This document shows, in pieces, positions 32,231 through 38,904 of a stretch of 38,904 bases of DNA. Made by a program: the position numbers and the translations under genes. The stretch comes from Eledone cirrhosa (taxonomy: Eukaryota): assembly GCA_964016885.1 (NCBI GenBank), contig CAXHJY010001182.1, positions 1-38,904 of the forward strand, written 5' to 3'. Every line of letters starts with the position of its first letter. The stretch's first letter is position 1. Below the pieces are notes generated by a model. That model was not told the DNA's origin and searched no databases. It saw only the letters and a list, made by a program, of their open reading frames with translations.

Positions 32231-32709
32231 ATGGGATGAGCTGATAAACTCCGACCTCACACACTTACACCTCTCCAAGACAATGTCACTGGACCGAGAC
32301 CTTTGGCGGTACTCAGTAACAGAGAAGACCCGCCTTGCCAGTAGGCATCTCTAACAAAATACACCCCGTCCCGCCACCACCCCCACCCATCCACACCACC
32401 CCGTTCTATGTAAAGTTATGTTGGTGCCGCGCCATCCAGGCCGAAACAAATGAGATCGTGTAGGTGTCACGACAAAAAAACACACAGTCCACGCTGTAAT
32501 GTGGCCGTGTAGGCAACACGGTAAAAACCTCCCAGACCCACACTGTAAATGTGGTTGGTGTTAGGAAGGGCATCCAACTGTAGAAAACCTGCCAGACAGT
32601 CCTATGCGAGCAAGACAATCACTCTTGCCTCAAGTGGGACTACCCCCGTCCAAACCCATGCAAGCGTGGAACACGGACGTTAAACGTTGATGATGATGAT
32701 GATGATGAT
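32231..32709 (+). mobile_element. Short 5'-truncated RTE family B copy, inverted relative to 30609-31080
   Basis: Near-identical reverse complement of 30609-31080, with its own (TGA)n tail. Confidence 0.93.
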
Positions 32710-32851
32710 ATATATATATAAGTATATATATATATATATAAGTATATATATATATATAAGTATATATATATATATATATATATATAAGTATATATATATA
32801 TATAAGTATATATATATATATATATATATAAGTATATATATATATATATAA

Positions 32852-32888
<37 letters not shown>

Positions 32889-33322
32889 TATATATATAAG
32901 TATATATATATATATATATATAAGTATATATATATAAGTATATATATATATATAAGTATATATATATATATATATATAAGTATATATATATATATATATA
33001 TAAGTATATATATATATATATATATAAGTATATATATATATATATATATAAGTATATATATATATATATATATAAGTATATATATATATATATATATAAG
33101 TATATATATATATATATATATAAGTATATATATATATATATATATAAGTATATATATATATATATATATAAGTATATATATATATATAAGTATATATATA
33201 TATATATATAAGTATATATATATATATATATAAGTATATATATATATATATATATAAGTATATATATATATATATATATAAGTATATATATATATAAGTA
33301 TATATATATATAAGTATATATA
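32710..33322. repeat. (TA)nAG array
   Basis: Regular TAAG-marked units, many 18 bp long. Confidence 0.95.
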
Positions 33323-33421
33323 TACACATGCATACATATTTTTAACATGTATTATATATAGAATTGGAAATATCAAACAGGTTTTAATTTTTTTTCTATA
33401 GATACTTACACATGTGAAAAT

Positions 33422-33425
<4 letters not shown>

Positions 33426-33483
<58 letters not shown>

Positions 33484-33986
33484 GTGTGTATGTATATATA
33501 TATATGTGTGTGTATGTATATATATATATGTGTGTATGTATATATATATATGTGTGTGTATGTATATATATATATGTGTGTGTATGTATATATATATATG
33601 TGTGTATGTATATATATGTGTGTGTATGTATATATATATGTGTGTGTGTATGTATATATATATATGTGTGTGTATGTATATATATATATGTGTGTATGTA
33701 TATATATATATGTGTGTGTATGTATATATATATATGTGTGTGTATGTATATATATATATGTGTGTATGTATATATATATATGTGTGTATGTATATATATG
33801 TGTGTGTATGTATATATATATGTGTGTGTGTGTGTATATATGTGTGTGTGTATATATGTGTGTGCGTATATATGTGTGTGTGTGTGTATATATATATGTG
33901 TGTGTGTGTGTATATAGATGCTGAGGTGTGTGTATATATATATGTGTGTGTGTGTATTATATATATAGTGTTATATATATATATAC
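33426..33986. repeat. (TA)n(TG)n compound microsatellite
   Basis: Alternating TA and TG runs. Similar arrays lie at 36656-37069, 37408-37505 and 37820-38128. Confidence 0.95.
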
Positions 33987-34065
33987 ACACATTAGCATGT
34001 GTGTGTGTGTTTTTGTACTCACACAGACACAGTACCGGTGATTATCTTGAGCAACTAGTTGCTTT

Positions 34066-34325
34066 AGTGGTAGTAGTATTAGTGGCAGTCGCGGTGGTAG
34101 TAGTAATAATAGATGTAGTAGTGGTGGTGGTAATAGTAGTGGTAGTAGTAATATTAGTAGTAGTGCTGGTGGTATAGTAATAGTAGTGGTGATAGTAGTT
34201 GTAGCGATAGTGGTAGTAGTAGTAGTAATATTAGTAGTGGTGGTGGTAGTAGTAGTAATATTAGTTGTAGTAGTAGTAGTGGTGGTGGTAATGGTAGTAG
34301 AGGTATTTGTAGTTGTCATTGTTGT
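34066..34325. repeat. Degenerate (GTA/GTG)n trinucleotide repeat
   Basis: Reads as poly-Val on the plus strand and poly-Thr/Leu on the minus strand. Confidence 0.9.
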
Positions 34326-34914
34326 TTTAGTTCTTTTTTTTGGGTTTGTATCAGAGGCAGTGAAGTTTAGTACTGGAGGGGGGAGACTGTCTTTGGTATA
34401 GAGGCAGTGAAGGGGGGAGACAGGCTGTGTGAAAGATAGTTAAATAGAGCGTTAGAGAGAGAGAGAGAGAGAGACATAGGCTGAATGAGAGAGAGTGTGT
34501 GTGTGAGAGAGACACAGGCTGAATGAGAGAGAGAGAACAAGCTGGTATTCTATAGTAGGTTATACTAAAAAGGTAATCAACTTTTTCTCGCTTCTTACCC
34601 TTGTCTTGGTATATCTCCCTCTTGTAAGATGTTTCTGTTCCCTAAGAAAACCTCCCTAATTTCAATTTCTAAACAACATTCTGTCCTCCTTGATAAAAAC
34701 CTCTTCCATTCTGGTCCTCATATTTCTCTATTTCTGTACACAACAACAACAGTAACAAGATGGAAAATTTGTGTGGAATTTCTTATTCTTGCCTTGTCTG
34801 ATTTAACCATTTAACCATTCTCATCTGCCCAACTCTGCTGCTGCTGATGACATGGTTTCCTTTCCAGTTTCCCTGTGTGACCTTCACCCTTCTAATAACA
34901 TACCCCCTTGAAAC

Positions 34915-35710
34915 TCTCTAATGTTACAAGTGTTTTAAAGTGTTTATATTTATCTAAAAAGTTTTCATAATTTTATATAAGAACCTCTGTTAAGTTATGT
35001 TCCAAACACCCCTGGTTCAATGTTACAAGCTATTTATTTTAAAGTGTTTATATTTATCTAAAAACTTTTCAAAATAATTTTATAAAGGAATATTTATGTC
35101 CCAAACATAAACTTAATGTGAAAGTTACTTTACTAAATCCCTTCTCTTCTTCTTCACCCACTTATTCCTGAAAGGATTGTGGGTGGGGTGGGAGTCCTCA
35201 AACACTCCTTCACATTCTTGATTATTTTCAAAATTATTTGGTAAACATAGGCAATGTTTTCATTAGAAATATAACTGTTTCTACGTTAGGCACAAGGCCA
35301 GCAAATACCCAGTGCATTACTGGTACTTTATTTTATCGACCCTGTAAGGATGAAAGGCAATGTTTTCATTAGAAATATAACATTCTAAGTTATGCCTCCC
35401 AAACCAGTTTAATAATGTGAAATCCTTTCAAATTCTTGATTATTTCCATCATTAACTGAAAAACAGGCAGTTTTCATTAGAAATATGGTAACAAAACAGT
35501 TAAAGTGTTTAAATTTATCTAAAACCCTTCTATTTTATATTTATCTAAAAGTCTTCTAATTTTATGTAAGAAATTTTAAAGTTTTTCTCCTAAACTATAA
35601 TAATGTAAAAGTATTGTTTTTTTTTTTAAATATAAAATTACTAAATCTTTTTAAATTATTGATTATTTTCAAAATTATTTAAAAATCATAGACAGTGTCT
35701 TTCATTAGAT
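34915..35710. repeat. Degenerate tandem AT-rich units, probably MITE remnants
   Basis: Recurrent AAAGTGTTTATATTTATCTAAAA (~34937, 35041, 35502) and TTGATTATTTTCAAAATTATTT...TTTTCATTAGA (~35218, 35436, 35659). Confidence 0.6.
35277..35360 (-). mobile_element. 5'-truncated Nin/Deu-like SINE fragment with target-site duplication
   Basis: Reverse complement of about 26439-26524. Flanked by AGGCAATGTTTTCATTAGAAATATAAC at 35249-35275 and 35355-35381. Confidence 0.75.
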
Positions 35711-35715
35711 TTGGG

Positions 35716-35996
35716 TTAACCCTTTAGCATTTACATTACTCTATATATACTATTGTATTTTCACAGTTGTGGCTTTACCTCACATAATATCTCACATAAC
35801 ATTTACATTACTCTATATATACTATTGTATTTTCATGGTAAAGGCTTTACTTCACATAATATCAAATCTACGAGATTTTGATGTTATTTACTTCGAGAAC
35901 AATACTTTAACATCAGTAGGAGTGGCCAGTTACAGCCGGTTTGAACAGAAAGAGTTGAAAGAATTCTGGCTGGTTATGGCTGGTTTAAATGCTAAA
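35716..35996. mobile_element. piggyBac-like (TTAA-CCC) MITE with internal tandem duplication
   Basis: Starts TTAACCCTTTAGCATTTA and ends TAAATGCTAAA. Homologous to 26109-26342. CATTTACATTACTCTATATATACTATTGTATTTTCA occurs twice. Confidence 0.6.
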
Positions 35997-36304
35997 CTCC
36001 ACCAAAATCTAAACCTCTGTTTTATTCTTTATCCAAGATTTATGTTATTGTAATTAGTTCCAGTTAGTAGATATATGGCCCAAGATAAGTCACCTGCAAA
36101 ATTATTTGTTGTATAGCTTACTTTAGGAACCTGTCAACTGTAAACTAACTGATCCTTTTTTTAGTTTAGATGTGTGTGTATATATATGTTTGCGTGTATG
36201 CAGCTATGTATGTGTGTGTGTATATATTAATATATTTATGTGTGTGTATGTATGCTTATATATGTATATACACATCTGCATGTGTGTATGTGTATGTATA
36301 TGTG

Positions 36305-36652
36305 CGGGGACAGAGAAATAGTCGGGCTGGACACCCGATCGCGAGGTTAAACCACTGGGAGTGAAGGACCTCTAGCCTTTGTTAGGTCCTTCTTCTAGGA
36401 GAAGGCAACTCATGAAACTGGGATGACTCCGACATAAAACCTGCGGCTCAGTAGTTACCGATGATGTTGATCTTTTCTTCTTTTCAGGTTATAGCTACTG
36501 TCTCTCAGAGAGTGGGATTGGCTCAGTGCACAGTCTTTCCTCTCTTTAAAAAATATCTTCACGCACAGGCATTGCACGATAGAATTAATTGATAATTATT
36601 AATAATGGAATATCGTGCAATGGCCATACTCGATAACGAGGGGGCAGCCATT
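36305..36652 (+). mobile_element. Diverged relative of the 612-bp RTE-derived element, lacking the zinc-finger segment
   Basis: Shares TTCTAGGAGAAGG, GATGATGTTGA..TTCTTCTTTT, AGAGAGTGGGA, GCACAGGCATTGC and the 3' GGCCATACTCGATAACGAG..GGCAGCCA. Confidence 0.65.
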
Positions 36653-36656
36653 GTTG

Positions 36657-36697
<41 letters not shown>

Positions 36698-36724
36698 ATG
36701 TGTGTATATATATGTGTGTGTGTG

Positions 36725-36759
<35 letters not shown>

Positions 36760-36820
36760 ATGTGTGTATATATATATATGTGTGTATATATATATATATA
36801 TGTGTGTGTATATATATATA

Positions 36821-36867
<47 letters not shown>

Positions 36868-37030
36868 ATATATATGTGTGTGTATATATATATGTGTGTG
36901 TGTATGTATATATATATATGTGTGTGTATATATGTGTGTATATATATGTGCGTGTATATATATATATGTGTGTGTATATATATATATGTGTGTATATATA
37001 TATGTATGTGTGTGTGTATATATATATGTA

Positions 37031-37069
<39 letters not shown>

Positions 37070-37071
<2 letters not shown>

Positions 37072-37405
37072 CATCATCATCATTTTACGTCCGCTTTTCC
37101 CTGCTTGCAAAGGTGGGACGGGAACTGATTCTGGCTTGATTTCTACAGCTGGATGCCCTTCCTAACACCAACCTCATTTACAGTGAGTGCTGGGTGCCTT
37201 TTTGCCGTGACACCTCCACGACCACTTTGCAGTGGAATGATATGGACCCCAGTCCCTACCATTTCATTTCTACAGCTGAGTAAACTGGAGCAATGTGAAA
37301 TAAAGTGTCTTGCTCAAGGAAACAACACATCACCCGGTCTGAGAATTGAACTCACAACCTTTCGATTGCAAGGCCAATGCTCTAACCACTAAGCCATGTG
37401 CCTCC
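37070..37405 (-). mobile_element. tRNA-derived SINE with RTE-A 3' end, full length
   Basis: Reverse-complement homologue of 27604-27939. Confidence 0.88.
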
Positions 37406-37828
37406 ATGTATATATATATGTGTGTGTATATATATATATATATGTGTGTGTGTGTATATATATGTATATATATATGTGTGTGTGTGCATATATATATATA
37501 TGTATATAATATATAAGAACAAAAGATGGTTAAAAGAGTTCCATGTATTTTATTATGTGCATTTCAAAAACAAATATCATCATGCAATAATATTTGTGTT
37601 TTCATCAGATAAAACAGGAAGACATGATATGAAGGTTAAAAAACACTTGTGGATAGTTCAGTTTGAAATGCGCATAATAAAATACATGGAACTCTTTTAA
37701 CCATCTTTTGTTCTTTTGTTCTTATATATTATGTATACTCCAGTCCTACAAATTGTAGAGTGCTTCTTATCCGATATCTGCATTGCTTTATTGTACTACA
37801 ATAAAACTCACCTCCTACATTATATATG

Positions 37829-37935
<107 letters not shown>

Positions 37936-38128
37936 GTGTATGTATATATATATATGTGTATATATATATATGTGTGTGTATATATATATGTATATATATA
38001 TGTGTGTGTATATATATATATGTATATATATGTGTGTATATATATATGTGTGTGTATATATATATGTGCGTGTATATATATATATGTATATATATATGTG
38101 TGCGTGTATATATATATATATATATATA

Positions 38129-38904
38129 CACAGGAAACAAGTACCACCAATCTCTGGGAGGGCCCTGTAGAAACAGTAGACAGCTTCTGCTACCTAGGTG
38201 ACCGAATTAGCAACGGAGGTGGGTGCTCAGAAAGTACAATAACTAGGGTAAGAACGGGATGGAAGAAGTTTAGGGAACTACTACCACTGCTAGCTGCAAA
38301 AGGCTTCTCCCTCAGAATGAAAGGCAGACTGTATGATGCGTGTATCCGAACAGCGATGTTGCATGGTAGTGAGACCTGGGCGCTGAAGGTGGAAGACTTA
38401 CGTAGATTAGAGAGAAACGAAGCCTGCATGCTCCGATGGATGTGTAACAGTAATATACGTGAACGACAAAGCATAAATGAATTGAGAGAGAGACTGTGCA
38501 TAAGAGGAATCAAATGCTGCGTGCAGGAGAGGCGGTTACGCTGGTATGGACATGTGATGCGTATGAAGGATGACAGCTGCATAAAAAGGTGCAGAGCACT
38601 AGAAGTTGATGGAAACCGCGGAGTGGGGAGACCCAAGATGACTTGGGATGAGGTGATAAAAGCCGACCTTACCCAACTACACCTCTCAAAGTCAATGACA
38701 CACGACCGTGACTTCTGGCGTCACGCAGTAATACAGGGTACCCGACCTCCCATGGGTACATGCTGAAGCATATAAACAATATGCCCCCCCCCCCACCGCA
38801 AGGTGGTCGTGGAGGTGCCACGGCAAAAAAGCACCCAGCCCACACTGTAAAGTGGACGTGTAGGCGCCACGAAAAAGCACCCAGCACTCACTGTAAATGA
38901 GGTT
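38129..38904 (+). mobile_element. 5'-truncated RTE family A copy (runs off the window)
   Basis: Near-identical reverse complement of about 18557-19332. One amino-acid difference (S/C) and a shorter C-run (11 vs 13). Confidence 0.96.

Overview
Eukaryotic, extremely AT-rich, repeat-dominated DNA with no clearly supportable host gene. The repeat families resemble octopus/cephalopod ones; this is recognition from memory, not a database result. Roughly half the window is (TA)n-based microsatellite, and almost all the long ORFs in the track are artefacts of it. Embedded in the arrays are two 5'-truncated Penelope-like elements (PLEs; RT remnant plus GIY-YIG endonuclease) and one full-length RTE-clade LINE with an intact 1039-aa ORF (APE endonuclease, RT, PHD-like finger). 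There are also truncated copies of two RTE families, tRNA-derived SINEs sharing the RTE 3' end, 612-bp RTE-derived non-autonomous elements, and mariner- and piggyBac-like MITEs. The most interesting signal is a set of type I hammerhead ribozyme motifs (five good, three degenerate) at the outer ends of fold-back insertions. Four insertions from three unrelated sequence families share one layout: (TA)n, short end, inverted arm, an end about 85-100 nt longer, (TA)n. One of them is little more than a 129-bp palindrome of two back-to-back hammerheads.
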